The translations under genes and the position numbers were made by a program. 64,000 bases of DNA, from positions 20,150,001-20,214,000 of the forward strand of contig OZ024756.1 of the NCBI GenBank assembly GCA_964016885.1. The letters run 5' to 3'. The DNA is from Eledone cirrhosa (lineage: Eukaryota). Positions within the stretch are counted from its first letter, which is position 1, and each line of letters starts with the position of its first letter. Shown in pieces: positions 12,444 to 27,079 of this stretch. Under the pieces are notes generated by a model. The model was not told the origin of the DNA. It ran no database searches and saw nothing but the letters and a program-made list of their open reading frames with translations.

Positions 12444-12834
12444 TACCTTCTCTCTCTCATTCTATCCCTCTCTCTCTAAATATCATCATCATCATGATGT
12501 TCCTTGTTGTTCTAAGTCCCCTCTCTCTCTCTAAATATCATCATCATCCTTGTGGTTATAAGTCCTCTCTCTCTCTCTCTAAATATCATCATCATCATCC
12601 TTGTAGTTCTAAGTCCCCTCTCTCTCCCTCCCTCTCTCTCTAAATATCATCATCATCATCAACCTTGTGGTTCTAAGTCCCCTCTCTCTCTCCCCCTCTC
12701 TCTCTGTCAATATCATCATCATCATCACCACCATCATCAACAAACAGCTGTTTCAGTATCATGTCCACATCATAGACATATTTAGTCTTGCCAGAGTTAC
12801 AATTGTGGTAGAGTGGTAGAGATGGCTATAGAAA

Positions 12835-13458
12835 ATGGTGCGGTGCAGTGTGATGCAGTGTGGTTTATGGGAGTGGTGTGGTGTAGTGTGGTGTGGTTTA
12901 TGGGAGTGGTGTGGTGTAGTGTGGTGTGGTGCAGTGTGGTTTATGGGAGTGGTGTGGTGGGGTGTGGTGCAGTGTGGTGTAGTGTGGTTTATGGGAGTGG
13001 TGTGGTGTAGTGTGGTATGGTGTAGTGTGGTGTGGTGCAGTGTGGTGTAGTGTGGTTTATGGGAGTGGTGTGGTGTATGAGAGTGATGTGGTCTATGAGA
13101 GTGGTGTGGTGTAGTGTGGTGCAGTGTGGTTTATGGGAGTGGTGTGGTGTAGTGTGGTTTATGGGAGTGTTGTGGTATGTGGTGTGGTGTGGTGTGGTAT
13201 GTGGTGTGGTGTGGTGTGGTATGGGGTGTGGTGCGGGGCAGTGTGGTATGTGGTGTAGTGTGGTGTGGTGTGGTATGGGGTGTGGTGCGGGGCAGTGTGG
13301 TTTATGGTGTGGGGTGGTGTGGTGTGTAGTGGTATTTGGTGTGGTATGGTGCAGTATGGTTTATGGGGGTGGTGTGGTATGTGGTGTGGTGTGATGTGGT
13401 GTGGTATGTGGTGCAGTGTAGTGTGGTGTGGTGCAGTGTGGTGTGGTGAGGTGCAGTA
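12835..13458 (+). repeat. (GTGTG)n-derived low-complexity repeat
   Basis: Direct inspection. Confidence 0.85.
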
Positions 13459-13552
13459 GTGTTGCCCAATACAATGGGGCTGTTTACTGAAATGATATTT
13501 TCACCATGAGGGGGAGGGCAGGGAGAGGGGGGTATAGGGAGAGAGAGAAGGG

Positions 13553-13604
<52 letters not shown>

Positions 13605-13914
13605 ACAATCCACTTCATGGATCGCAATAATTGTTTTTGTATTTCCAAATGAAACATGATTCCGGATAATTAGAATTAGTATTGAATGACTCATCATCAT
13701 CATTACCAGCAACATCATCATTATCACCACCATCATCATTATCATTACCATCATCACATCACCACCATCATCATCACCATCATCACCATCATCATCACTA
13801 TCACCATTTAACGTCTTGCTTTCCCTGCTAGAAAGGACTGCATAGTGTGGGCAAGAGGAGAGAACTAACATGCAGAAGATGAGAGACCTTCTTAGAGAAG
13901 AGAACTAACATAAA

Positions 13915-15895
13915 GAAGGAGAGACCTTAACAATAGAAATATCATGAGATGTGCGCTAACATAGAGGAGAGATCTTGACAATAGAAATATCATGAGATGT
14001 CTGCTAACTCAGAGAGGAGAGACCTTAACAATAGAAATATCATGAGATGTGCGCTAACATAGAGGAGAGATCTTGACAATAGAAATATCATGAGATGTCT
14101 GCTAACTCAGAGAGGAGAGACCTTAACAATAGAAATATCATGAGATGTGCGCTAACATAGAGGAGAGATCTTGACAATAGAAATATCATGAGATGTCTGC
14201 TAACTCAGAGAGAGACCTTAACAATAGAAATATCATGAGATGTGCGCTAACATAGAGGAGAGATCTTGACAATAGAAATATCATGAGATGTCTGCTAACT
14301 CAGAGAGGAGAGACCTTAACAATAGAAATATCATGAGATGTGCGCTAACATAGAGGAGAGATCTTGACAATAGAAATATCATGAGATGTCTGCTAACTCA
14401 GAGAGGAGAGACCTTAACAATAGAAATATCATGAGATGTGCGCTAACATAGAGGAGAGATCTTGACAATAGAAATATCATGAGATGTCTGCTAACTCAGA
14501 GAGGAGAGACCTTAACAATAGAAATATCATGAGATGTGCGCTAACATAGAGGAGAGATCTTGACAATAGAAATATCATGAGATGTTTGCTAACATAGAGA
14601 GGAGAGATCTAACAATAGAAATATCATGAGATGTCTGCTAACAGAGAAGGAGAGACTAACAATAGAAATATCATGAGATGTCTGCTAACAGAGAAGGAGA
14701 GACTAACAATAGAAATATCATGAGATGTCTGCTAACAGAGAAGGAGAGACTAACAATAGAAATATCATGAGATGTGTGCTAACATAGAGGAGAGATCTTA
14801 ACAATAGAAATATCATGAGATATCTGCTAACATAGAGGAGAGACCTTAACAATAGAAATATCATGAGATGTGTGCTAACATAGAGGAGAGACCTTAACAA
14901 TAGAAATATCATGAGATGTGTGCTAACATAGAGGAGAGACCTTAACAATAGAAATATCATGAGATCTGTGCTAATATAGAGGAGAGACTAACAATAGAAA
15001 TATCATGAGATGTGTGCTAACATAGAGGAGAGATCTTAACAATAGAAATATCATGAGATCTGTGCTAACATAGAGGAGAGACCTTAACAATAGAAATATC
15101 ATGAGATGTGTGCTAACATAGAGGAGAGACCTTAACAATAGAAATATCATGAGATGTGTGCTAACATAGAGGAGAGACCTTAACAATAGAAATATCATGA
15201 GATCTGTGCTAATATAGAGGAGAGACTAACAATAGAAATATCATGAGATGTGTGCTAACATAGAGGAGAGATCTTAACAATAGAAATATCATGAGATCTG
15301 TGCTAACATAGAGGAGAGATCTTAACAATAGAAATATCATGAGATGTCTGTTAACATAGAGAAGGAGAGATCTTAACAATAGAAATATCATGAGTTGTCT
15401 GCTAACATAGAGAAGGAGAGATCTTAACAATAGAAATATCATGAGATGTGTGCTAACATAGAGGAGAGATCTTAACAATAGAAATATCATGAGATGTCTG
15501 CTAACATAGAGGAGAGATCTTAACAATAGAAATATCATGAGATGTCTGCTAACATAGAGGAGAGACTAACAATAGAAATATCATGAGATGTCTGCTAACA
15601 TAGAGAGGAGAGGCCTTAACAATAGAAATATCATGAGATGTCTGCTAATATAGAGAAGGAGAGACTAACAATAGAAATATCATGAGGTGTCTGCTAACAT
15701 AGAGAGGAGAGACCTTAACAATAGAAATATCATGAGATGTCTGCTAACATAGAGGAGAGATCTTAACAATAGAAATATTGTGAGATGTATGCAGACATAG
15801 AGAAGGAGAGATCTTAACAATATATATATCATGAGATGTATGCTAACATAGCATAGAGGAGAAGAGATCTTAATAATAGAAACATCATGAGATGT
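13915..15895 (+). repeat. About 48-bp minisatellite (aacaatagaaatatcatgagatgtgtgctaacatagaggagagacctt), about 40 copies, with a 48+50 dimer in the first third
   Basis: 16-aa periodicity in spurious ORFs. Alternating gtgcgc/gtctgc variants from 13920 to 14560. Confidence 0.9.
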
Positions 15896-16262
15896 AGAAC
15901 CTGGTTTAGTGCGAATCGTCAGAGGATATCAGCTTTCTGCTAGCTAAATCTCAGGTGGTATTTTCCATATTGGCAACTGTGCCAGACCTGTCACCAGGCT
16001 TTGGTGCTCAGGAGATAGGAGAGGATTAGAAGGGCTTGAGAACCTTCTGGAAAAGGTATTTAAATTACCAATAATTCTAAGGGGTAACTTTTACTAGAGC
16101 AATAACTAGAGGGGCTAACTTGAGCATTGGTTAAGCAGAATTGAAATTTAAAGGAGGAGTATGGAATATATTTCCAGAGAAGTAACAGTAAAATATTCCA
16201 TAAGATAAAGTTTATTATATTATAAAATGGTAGGAAACTGAATAAGAGAGAGGGGGTAATAT

Positions 16263-16299
<37 letters not shown>

Positions 16300-16699
16300 A
16301 ATAAAGTAACGAAAGAGAGAGAGTGAAAGTAGCGAAAAAGAGAGAGAGAGTAACGAGAGAGAGAGAGTGACAAAAAGAGAGAAAGTAACAAGCGAGCGAG
16401 CAAGCAAGAGAGAGAGAGAAAGAGAGAGAGAAAGTGAGAGAAAGAGAGAGAACTTAGAACCACAAGGATGGTGATGATATTTAGAGAGAAAGAGAGACAT
16501 AGAGAGCGGGAGAAAAAAAGAGAGATAGATAGAGAGAAAAAGTGAGAGAGGGGAGAGAGAGAGTTATGAAATCAATGTAATAACAATAACAGCAGCAGCA
16601 GTTTGGTAGATAACAGAAGAATGATTGCTATCTTTATGCAAACAAGGTAATTACCGTTTCCTTCTGAGAATCTTATCAAGAATATTACTGTTATACACA

Positions 16700-17336
16700 T
16701 ACAAATACATACACACACACATTTAATATATATATATGCTAGTGCGTGTGTATGTGCATGTATATATATATACACACACACACACACATTTAATATACAT
16801 ATATGCTAGTGCATGTGTATGTGCATGTATATATATATATACACACACACACACACATTTAATATATATATATATGCTAGTGCGTGTGTATGTGCATGTA
16901 TATATATATATACACACACACACACACATTTAATATACATATATACTAGTGCGTGTGTATGTGCATGTATATATATATACACACACACACACACATTTAA
17001 TATACATATATGCTAGTGCGTGTGTATGTGCATGTATATATATATATATATACACACACACACATTTAATATATATATATGCTAGTGCGTGTGTATGTGC
17101 ATGTATATATATATACACACACACACACACATTTAATATATATATATGCTAGTGCGTGTGTATGTGCATGTATATATATATACACACACACATTTAATAT
17201 ACATATATGCTAGTGCGTGTGTATGTGCATGTATATATATATATACACACACACACACACATTTAATATATATATATGCTAGTGCGTGTGTATGTGCATG
17301 TATATATATATATACACACACATATATATATATATA
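16700..17336 (+). repeat. About 68-bp compound microsatellite unit, about 9 copies
   Basis: Repeating gctagtgcgtgtgtatgtgcatg(ta)n(ca)n tttaat. Confidence 0.85.
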
Positions 17337-19329
17337 GGAACCAGTAAGAGCCCTCTCTTCTGTGAGGCTCAGCTATTTGAGATCAGCCCTCACCACCTCT
17401 GCCTAGGTCTTTCTTGGTTTACTTCTTCTGAGGTTTCCCTCCACTGTGATTATCTAGCACTTCTTCACCCAGCGATTATTATCCATGTGCATCACATGTC
17501 CATATTAACGCAGTCTTCTCTCTTGCACACTACTTCAGATTCCTCTTAAATCCAATTTCTCCCTCAGTTCATCCAAGCTCTGCCTTTCTCTCACATTTAC
17601 ATTGCATTTCTAACAAAGCATGGTTAGAAATGCAATGTCTTACTGGTTCTATTACCCACTCTACTACCCTAAGTATTGAGTACTTTGGTGCGTTATGGTC
17701 CACCTGGTTCCTTACCACATTTCCTTCGTTATATATATATATATAATAAATATATATATATATATATATTCTAACCCATGCTAAATGATGATGATGATAT
17801 ATATACATACACATATACATACACCTATATATATATATATACACTGTAAAGTGTTTGTGTAGGCGTCATGCCAGAAAACACCCAGTACTCACTGTAAATA
17901 AGGTTGGTGTTAGGAAGGGTATCCAGCTATAGAAACCAAGCCAGAATCAGTTTTGTATGAGCAAGACATGGTCACCTGACCTAGAATTGCCCGCAACAGA
18001 ACAACTCATCTAAGCCATGCTAGCATGGCAAAATGGACACAAAATGGTGATGATGATGATATATATACATATATATCATCATCATCGTTTAACGTCCATC
18101 TTCTACGCTAGCATGGGTTAGACGGGAGTTGTCCGAATTTGAGGCAAGGTTGGTCGGGTGACCATGTCTCGCTCATATAGGACTATCCGGCAGATTTTCT
18201 ACGGCTGGATGCCCTTCCTAACACCAACCACATTTACAGTGTGGACCGGGAACTTTTTACCGTGTTACCTACACGACCACATTACAGCGTGGACTGTGTG
18301 TTTTTTGTTGTGACACCTACACGATCTCAATCTCATTTTCTGATTTATTTGGACTGGATGTTGTGGTACCAACTTTACAGAGAGAGGGTGGTGTTGGTGG
18401 GAGTGGGAGGATGTATATATTATATATATACATATATACATGATGGCTGCCAACTCGTTTTCGAGTACGGCGACTACTTTATATCCATGTAGGAGAACCC
18501 CTACCGATACGCTGAATCAGTGTGACTTTTTAGTCCAGCCAGAGATCTCCAGATATAAAGCAATGCCTGTGCCGTGAAGCTTTTATAGTGAGCAAAGGCA
18601 CAGCACAAAGCCAGTCCCACTCTCTTAACCAAGATGATATTTACCAAAAAGAAGAACAAGTCAACATCATTGGATACCATCAGGGTTGCAGGTGTCATGT
18701 CAGAGTTTTCCTTCTCCTAGAATTCTGCCTTAACAAAGGCTAAAGGGTCATCTCTCCCGGATGTACATACATACATACATACATACATATATACATACAT
18801 ACATACATATATATATATACACACCTATACACACATGTATGTACATCATCATCGTTTAACGTCTATCTTCCATGCTAGCATGGGTTTAGACAGGCAAGAT
18901 TGGTTGTCTTGCTCGTATATACTGTCTGGCAGGTTTTCTATGGCTGGATGCCCTTCCTAACACCAACCACGTTTACAGTGTGGACTGGGAGGTTTTTACC
19001 GCGTTACCTACACGGCCATATTACAGCGTGGACTGTGTTTTTTTGTAGTGACACCTACACAACCTCATTTATTTCGAACTGGATGTTGTGGTACCAACAT
19101 ATCTTTACAGAGAATGGGATGGTGTTGATGATAAACACATATAGACATATATATATATATGTATACAAACACACATATACATATTTATATATTTTATCCT
19201 TGTCTTGATTTACTGCTGCTATCACAGGTAAAAAACAATATCAGCCTGATATACTGTTGTTGCTTTCTGACACAAATTGATTATTTGGAAACAATAACCA
19301 CCCCTGCATGTTATAATAAAATATCTACT

Positions 19330-19975
19330 TCTTCTTTGCCCACTTATTCCTAAAAGGGTTGTGGAGGCAGAGTTGGCAAATACTCCCTCCAGTGGGTCCT
19401 GTCAGAAGCAACAGTCTACAAGTGGTCTGGCTGGATCCTCAAGCAAGACCAGCCAAGGATGTTATCCAACCCTCTTGCTCAGGGTTTACCCCTTGGTCTA
19501 TTGCCAGTTGGTTTTGCCTGTAATATCTGTCCAGCGATTCTTTCCTGAGACATTCTAACCACATGCCAATAATATCAGAGTTATGATTTCTCAATTAGGA
19601 GAAGTAGTGGCTCTACCTGGAGTGACTCTTTGATCTCCAAGCCACAGATCTGTCCAGTGATTCTTTCCTGAGACATTCTAATGACATGCCCATAGTATCG
19701 GAGCTGTGATCTCTCAATTTGGAGAAGTAGTGGCTCTACCTGGAGTGACTCTCTGATCTCTGAGCTACAGATCTGTCCAGCGATTCTTTCCTGAGACATT
19801 CTAATGACATGCCCATAGTATCGGAGCTGTGATCTCTCAATTTGGAGAAGTAGTGGCTCTACCTGGAGTGACTCTCTGATCTCTGAGCTACAGATCTGTC
19901 CAGCGATTCTTTCCTGAGACATTCTAATGACATGCCCATAGTATTGGAGCTGTGATCTCTCAATTCGGAGAAGTA
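19330..19975 (-). mobile_element. RTE-LINE 3' fragment containing about 3 x 123-bp tandem units
   Basis: ORF 19581-20060 repeats a 41-aa unit LLLQIERSQLRYYGHVIRMSQERIAGQICSSEIRESLQVEP. Confidence 0.8.
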
Positions 19976-20322
19976 ACAGATAATAAAATATGATATAATA
20001 TAAAAAAAGGAAAACATGATACAAAATAAATGGGAGCAATGAGTGTGTAAAAATGTTCATATAATTGTAGGAATCTCAAACGTGGAAATAGCTGTCAAAC
20101 AGCCAGATGCTATGATGCAGGTGATCAGGTTAAAATATACCCTCTTATGAACTGAAGAATGGTCAGAACAGTCAGAGAAGAAGAGAGAGAGGGAGTGAGA
20201 GCAAGGGAGAGAACAAAAGGAAACCATATGATGAGAGATGAAGAAGAAAATAATATATAATATTTCAAGGGCGGTGCCCCAGCATGGCCTCAGCCGGATG
20301 GCTGAAACAGGTAAAAGAGTAA

Positions 20323-20511
20323 TATACAGTTAAATACCATTATAACGAAATTCACGGGGTATAAAAAAAAAAATTGTTCTAACGAAAAATTCTTTATGAG
20401 ATCGACCAAAACAAATCAAGCGTTTGTTATTAACCTGAGGATTGAATAAAATTTTGTTACACTGAAAAATTTGTTACAATGGTATTTGTTATAACAGAAT
20501 TTTACCTGTAT
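20323..20511. mobile_element. TA-flanked Tc1/pogo-type MITE; inverted copy at about 24805-24983
   Basis: tacagttaaatacc...aattttacctgta ends and a second homologous copy. Confidence 0.55.
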
Positions 20512-21181
20512 AATAAAATGAAGTAAAGTGAAAATTATATGGTGCATGTGTTTCTTTCTATTGGTAATATTGGCAACATGACCATCCCTAAATATAATAA
20601 TATTGGTTTCAACACACGATTTCACATCAAGAATCTTGCAGAACAAACGAATGTATGTATGGTCCTGTAACTCCTGATAGAGTCGTAAGGGCATCATATT
20701 GACATACAGCGTTTCTTGGGTATTTTAATCCTGGCGGAGCCCATCTCCAGATCTGAGTACAGCAGATTTCTTCCAGAGAAAGATAGAAAGTGAGAGAGAG
20801 ATATAGAGGAAGAATCCACCCCAGTACTAGACTGGTACTTTATTTATTGACCTTGAAAGGATAAAAGGCAAAGTTGACCGTAGTGGGATTTGAACTCAGA
20901 GAGCCAGAACGAATACCATAAAGCATTCTATCCGACGATTTAAAGACTCTGCCAATGCATTGCCTGCAGAAGAAATACATATATGTAAAATAATATAAAA
21001 GCCTCCAATCTAGAATTATAGCAAAATTGAATAAGAAAATCCAACTAGAGTCGATATAAAATTTCTGCAAAGTGTGTAAAAGAGATTGAGAGATATAAGA
21101 AGAATATTTTATTAGTTATTAGTTCAGTTGGAATAATCAGATACTAGTGTGTTAGATTTGATTAAATAACAATAAGTTTAC

Positions 21182-21255
21182 CGTTGTGACAACATCTCCT
21201 TGCTGATTGCAGGCCTTCTTATCAGAGCTTCATAATGGTGGAACTCCCACAATAG
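21182..21255 (-). CDS. DYNC2H1: DYNC2H1 coding exon 6 (LLWEFHHYEALIRRPAISKEMLSQR), absent from the ORF track
   Basis: Read manually. Homologous to LLQAFLKYKELVKRPTISKELMLER. Acceptor tatAG, donor GTAAA, 74 nt, phase 0 to 2, which fits both neighbouring exons. Confidence 0.9.
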
Positions 21256-21786
21256 CTATAATAATGAGAAGTTGGATAATGGAATGTATTGTGTAAACAA
21301 ATGAACAAATGAATTAGATGTGTTTTCACAGAGAGATCTAGTTTTGAACTGTCCAACCCATGCCAACATAAAAAATAAGTGCAACATGATGACGACAAAG
21401 TATATCAATATATATATAGATAGATATAGATTTGTGGTCATGTTGGTGTTAAAAAAAACAAAAAAAAAACAGTCCACACTGTAGAGTAGTCGTGTAGGTG
21501 TTCACAACAAAAAGCGTCCAGAACACATTATAAAGTGGTTGTGTAGGTGTCACAACAAAAAGCACCCAGCCACATTGTAAAGTGGTCATGTAAGTGTCAC
21601 GACAAAGAGCACCCAGTACACACTGTGTAATTATATATATATATATATATATAAGTTTAAAAGATATATTTGACTCTCTCTCTCCATATATGTTTTAAAT
21701 TTGTATAATTGATGCTCTGAACCAAGATCAAGCGAGCTTTTTTATTGAGAAACATGATCTTCATACATTTAATATGTATTGATACC

Positions 21787-23830
21787 TTCTTCTTCTTCGC
21801 CCACTTATTCCTGAGTGGATTGTGTGGGCAGTGTCTTCAAACACTCCCTCCAGCGGGTCTTGTCAGAAGCAACCATCTCCAATTGATCCAGTTGGATCCC
21901 CAAGTAAGACCAGCTTAGCTCATGAATGTTATCCAAGCATTTTGCTTGGGGTCTACCTCTGGGTTTCCTGCTAGTTGGTTTTTGCCTCTAAAATCTGTCC
22001 AGCGATTCTTTCCTGAGACATTCTAACCACATGCCCATAGTATCGGAGCTCTGATCTCTCAATTCAGAGATTCTTTCCTGAGACATTCTAACCACATGCC
22101 CATAGTATCGGAGCTCTGATCTCTCAATTCAGAGATTCTTTCCTGAGACATTCTAACCACATGCCCATAGTATCAGAGCTGTGATCTCTCAATTCAGAGA
22201 TTCTTTCCTGAGACATTCTAACCACATGCCCATAGTATCAGAGCTGTGATCTCTCAATTCAGAGATTCTTTCCTGAGACATTCTAACCACACGCCCATAG
22301 TATCAGAGCTGTGATCTCTCAATTCAGAGATTCTTTCCTGAGACATTCTAACCACATGCCTATAGTATCAGAGCTGTGATCTCTCAATTTTGAGATTCTT
22401 TCCTGAGACATTCTAACCACATGCCCATAGTATCAGAGCTGTGATCTCTCAATTTTGAGATTCTTTCCTGAGACATTCTAACCACATGCCCATAGTATCG
22501 GAGCTGTGATCTCTCAATTCAGAGATTCTTTCCTGAGACATTCTAACCACATGCCCATAGTATCAGAGCTGTGATCTCTCAATTCAGAGATTCTTTCCTG
22601 AGACATTCTAACCACATGCCCATAGTATCAGAGCTGTGATCTCTCAATTTTGAGATTCTTTCCTGAGACATTCTAACCACATGCCCATAGTATCAGAGCT
22701 GTGATCTCTCAATTTTGAGATTCTTTCCTGAGACATTCTAACCACATGCCCATAGTATCAGAGCTGTGATCTCTCAATTTTGAGATTCTTTCCTGAGACA
22801 TTCTAACCACATGCCCATAGTATCAGAGCTGTGATCTCTCAATTTTGAGATTCTTTCCTGAGACATTCTAACCACATGCCCATAGTATCGGAGCTGTGAT
22901 CTCTCAATTCAGAGATTCTTTCCTGAGACATTCTAACCACATGCCCATAGTATCAGAGCTGTGATCTCTCAATTTTGAGATTCTTTCCTGAGACATTCTA
23001 ACCACATGCCCATAGTATCAGAGCTGTGATCTCTCAATTCAGAGATTCTTTCCTGAGACATTCTAACTACATGCCTATAGTATCAGAGCTGTGATCTCTC
23101 AATTTTGAGATTCTTTCCTGAGACATTCTAACCACATGCCCATAGTATCAGAGCTGTGATCTCTCAATTCAGAGATTCTTTCCTGAGACATTCTAACCAC
23201 ATGCCCATAGTATCAGAGCTCTGATCTCTCAATTCAGAGATTCTTTCCTGAGACATTCTAACCACATGCCCATAGTATCAGAGCTCTGATCTCTCAATTT
23301 TGAGATTCTTTCCTGAGACATTCTAACCACATGCCCATAGTATCAGAGCTGTGATCTCTCAATTCAGAGATTCTTTCCTGAGACATTCTAACTACATGCC
23401 TATAGTATCAGAGCTGTGATCTCTCAATTTTGAGATTCTTTCCTGAGACATTCTAACCACATGCCCATAATATCAGAGCTGTGATCTCTCAATTTTGAGA
23501 TTCTTTCCTGAGACATTCTAACCACATGCCCATAGTATCAGAGCTGTGATCTCTCAATTCAGAGATTCTTTCCTGAGACATTCTAACTACATGCCTATAG
23601 TATCAGAGCTGTGATCTCTCAATTTTGAGATTCTTTCCTGAGACATTCTAACCACATGCCCATAGTATCAGAGCTCTGATCTCTCAATTTTGAGAAGTAT
23701 TGGTTCTACCTGGAATAACTCTCTGATCTCCATGCTATGCACTCTACCGAGTAATGTTATGCTGAAGACCCCTCGGAGGAACCTCATTTTGGCTACTTAT
23801 TTTGGCAATCTTATCCTTTTGGTCATTACT
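21787..23830 (-). repeat. RTE-LINE 3' fragment with internal 65-bp tandem array of about 26 copies (22005-23695)
   Basis: 22071 to 22201 spans two units. Same LINE family flanks both sides, with a (TTC)n tail at 21787. Confidence 0.88.
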
Positions 23831-24314
23831 CAGTGTAATTCTCAGGGAGATTCAGCATAAGCTTAACACTCTAACCACAAAGCCATGAGATTTTTACATT
23901 TCAAAGACCCCTCGGAGGGACCTCATTTTGGCTACTTGTTTTGGCAATCTTATCCTTTTGGTCATTACTCAGCATAATTCTCAGGGAGATTCAGCATAAG
24001 CTTAACACTCTAACCACAAAGCCATGAGATTTTTACATTTCAAACAAAGTCATTTTTCTAGCGAATATTTCTTCCTAAAAATTAAAATTCAGAAATTAGT
24101 ATTAAGAAATAAGTATAATTTTGTTTTTTTATTGGTTTTTGTGTGTATGGAGAGGGGGCGGGGAGGGGATATATCAAAATTATTTCATAATTAAAACACA
24201 AAACAATACAATTTGATTTTTTATTGTTAATTATATTATGGAAACGACAAAAATTAAAATCAATCTTTTTTCAGATTTCATATATTTCATTAATTAAGTT
24301 ATTTTGATGTCAAT

Positions 24315-24588
24315 TAACCTGTTGACTGCTGCGTATATTTTACACAGCTACAGTTGCTGTGCCAGGTTTTTTTTTCTCAGTAAAATGACTATTTTTTAAA
24401 ACAAACATTTATTAACAACACAAATCTGAATGATTGACAAACATCACATCAATAAACTAGTAACGCCATCTAGCTCTGAAGTTATGAACTGTTGGAAACG
24501 AGTTCATAACTGTGAAGTTATGAACTGTTGGGAAAGGAATTCCAACATGTTAGGATGAGTTATCTCATCTACAGCACTGAAGAGGTTA
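24315..24588. mobile_element. TTAA-flanked piggyBac-type MITE (family 2); copies at 39118-39789, 55387-55742 and 62446-62725
   Basis: ttaa-cctgttgactgc ... gcactgaagagg-ttaa imperfect TIRs. Four homologous copies. Confidence 0.75.
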
Positions 24589-25326
24589 AAAGAAATTGTT
24601 ATTGAATGAAAAATACATTGTTGTGGCACCTACAAGACCACTTTACTGTGTAGACTGGGTGCCTTTTATCGTGATACCTATATGAGCACTTTATAGTGTA
24701 GGCTAGGTGCATTTTATCTTGACACCTACATGACCACTTTACACACACACATACACACACACATATATATATATATATACACATGTATGTATGTATATAA
24801 ATATATACTGGTAAAATTCCATTAAAACAAATTTTTCAGTATAGCAAAATTTTTCTCAATCCCCAATTTAATAACAATCAAACCTTAGATTTGTTTCGGT
24901 CAATCTCGTTATAAAGAATTTTTCGTTACAACAAATTTTTTTTTATACCCTGTGAATTTTGTTACAATGGAATTTCACTGTATATATATATTATTTTTGT
25001 GAATTTTGTTACAATGGAATTTCACTGTATATATATATTATTTTTGAAAAGCATTTAGAAATGCGCAACCGGTAAAAACTTAAAAACTTAAAACCACAAC
25101 TGAATACTAACCCATACAATTACTAATACTCTTTTATTTCTAATTAAACCATTTTTCAACTGTGAACAATTTGTCAGCATTTTCTATTCCGTTTACCAAT
25201 ATACATATATATATATGTAGGAGGTGAGTTTTATTGTAGTACAATAAAGCAATGCAGATATCGGATAAGAAGCACTCTACAGTTTGTAGGACTGGAGTAT
25301 ACATAATATATAAGATAATATATAAG

Positions 25327-25512
25327 ATAATATATAAGATCAAAAGATGGTTAAAGGAGTTCCATGTATTTTATTATGCGCATTTCAAAAACAAACATCA
25401 TCATGCAATATTATTATAACACAAATATTATTGCATGATGATGTTTGTTTTTGAAATGCGCATAATAAAATACATGGAACTCCTTTAACCATCTTTTGAT
25501 CTTATATATTAT
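25327..25512. repeat. Inverted repeat with 84-bp arms and 18-nt loop, made of two truncated family-A hammerhead cassettes
   Basis: Arms 25327-25410 and 25429-25512. Sequence also present as a direct copy at about 26435-26612. Confidence 0.85.
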
Positions 25513-26560
25513 ATATATATATATATATATATGTATATAGTCTAACCCATGCTAGCATGGAAGATAGATGTTATGAGGATGATGATGATTCATGCATGTA
25601 TGTATATATGTGTGTGTGTGTGTCTATATCATCATCATCATCATTTTACGTCCACTTTTCCCTGCTTGCAAGGGTGGGACGACCATCTCATATTTGTTTT
25701 TTCTTTTGTATATCTTGGACTACATTATTCAATTCCATTTTTTTCTCTATTTCTTTCTTTTTACAAGATAGTAATGTGTGACTTGACAGGGAGACCTGGT
25801 TGATATTTCTATCAGATCAAAAATCCATGTAGAGTCTCCCTCATTTGGCTTGACAATGACAATGACAACGATGATTAAAATGATGGTGATGAAAATAATA
25901 ATTATAAAGAGAATAATGATGATGATGATGATGATATGGAAAACAATAGATTTATAACAGAATTTTACTGACAAAAACAACAAAACAATATAACAGCTTA
26001 ATCTTTTGTTTTTTTCTTTTAGTTTCATATTGTAGTTATTATTATTATTATTATTATTGTTGTTGCTGTTCTTTTACATTCTACCAGCATGTTGCCATTC
26101 TTCATGGCAAAACAAAAGCTCTCATCTTGGCAACAATAAGAATCGTTCTGGCACTTCCATTTTTAAGTAGTCTATGAGACAATTATTTTCTTGAGCGAGA
26201 TACAAGTGACAAGACGCTGTCTACAGAATAACTAGCAATTCCCATCACATTTCATTTCTCTCCAGATCAGGTGCTCAGACCAGCAACTTCAAGACAAGAA
26301 GACTACAAGTCTTTGATTGGTCTATCAAATAATTTCTTCTCCAATGAGTGCTTGTCTGTTATGATACATTACCAGGCAGAGTTGAGCAACAACAGAGAGA
26401 TTTATTCTGATATATATATATATATATATATAATGTAGGAGGTGAGTTTTATTGTAGTACAATAAAGCAATGCAGATATCGGATAAGAAGCACTCTACAG
26501 TTTGTGGGACTGGAGTATGCATAATATAAGATCAAAAGATGGTTAAAGGAGTTCCATATA

Positions 26561-26627
26561 TTTTATTATGCGCATTTCAAAAACAAACATCATCAAGCAA
26601 TAATATTTGTGTTTTCATCAGATAAAA
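26561..26627 (-). ncRNA. Minimal type-I hammerhead ribozyme motif (family A)
   Basis: UUUUAU-CUGAUGA-AAACACAAAUAUUAU(UGCUUG)AUGAUGUUUGUUUUU-GAAA-UGCGCA-UA/AUAAAA. Intact core, 6-bp stem I, 15-bp stem II with one mismatch, palindromic stem/loop III, AUA cleavage triplet. Confidence 0.8.
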
Positions 26628-26837
26628 CAGGAGAACATGATATGAAGGCTAAAAAACACTTGTTGATAGTGCAGTTTTAAATCAACATATGAAAAGTGGT
26701 TTTAGATTGATGTGTGATATTGGGAAAAATATTTTATTTAGAGAGGGGGGGAGAGAAAAGGATGAAAAGGGAAGGAGATGAGAGGGAGAGATGGGTGATA
26801 GAGAGAAAGAGATAGTTTTTATAACCGAGAGAAAATT

Positions 26838-26871
<34 letters not shown>

Positions 26872-27045
26872 AATTTTCTGTGTGTGAGAGAGAGTTGCGT
26901 GTGTTTGAGGGAGAGACTTGTCTGTGTTTTTATGTATGTGTGAGAGTTGCGTGTGTGTGTGTATGAGAGTTATCTGTGTGTGTGCATATTGTTGGGGGTG
27001 GGGGGTGGGGGGTATGTGTGTGAGAGAGAGAGTAGTCTGTGTTGT

Positions 27046-27079
<34 letters not shown>

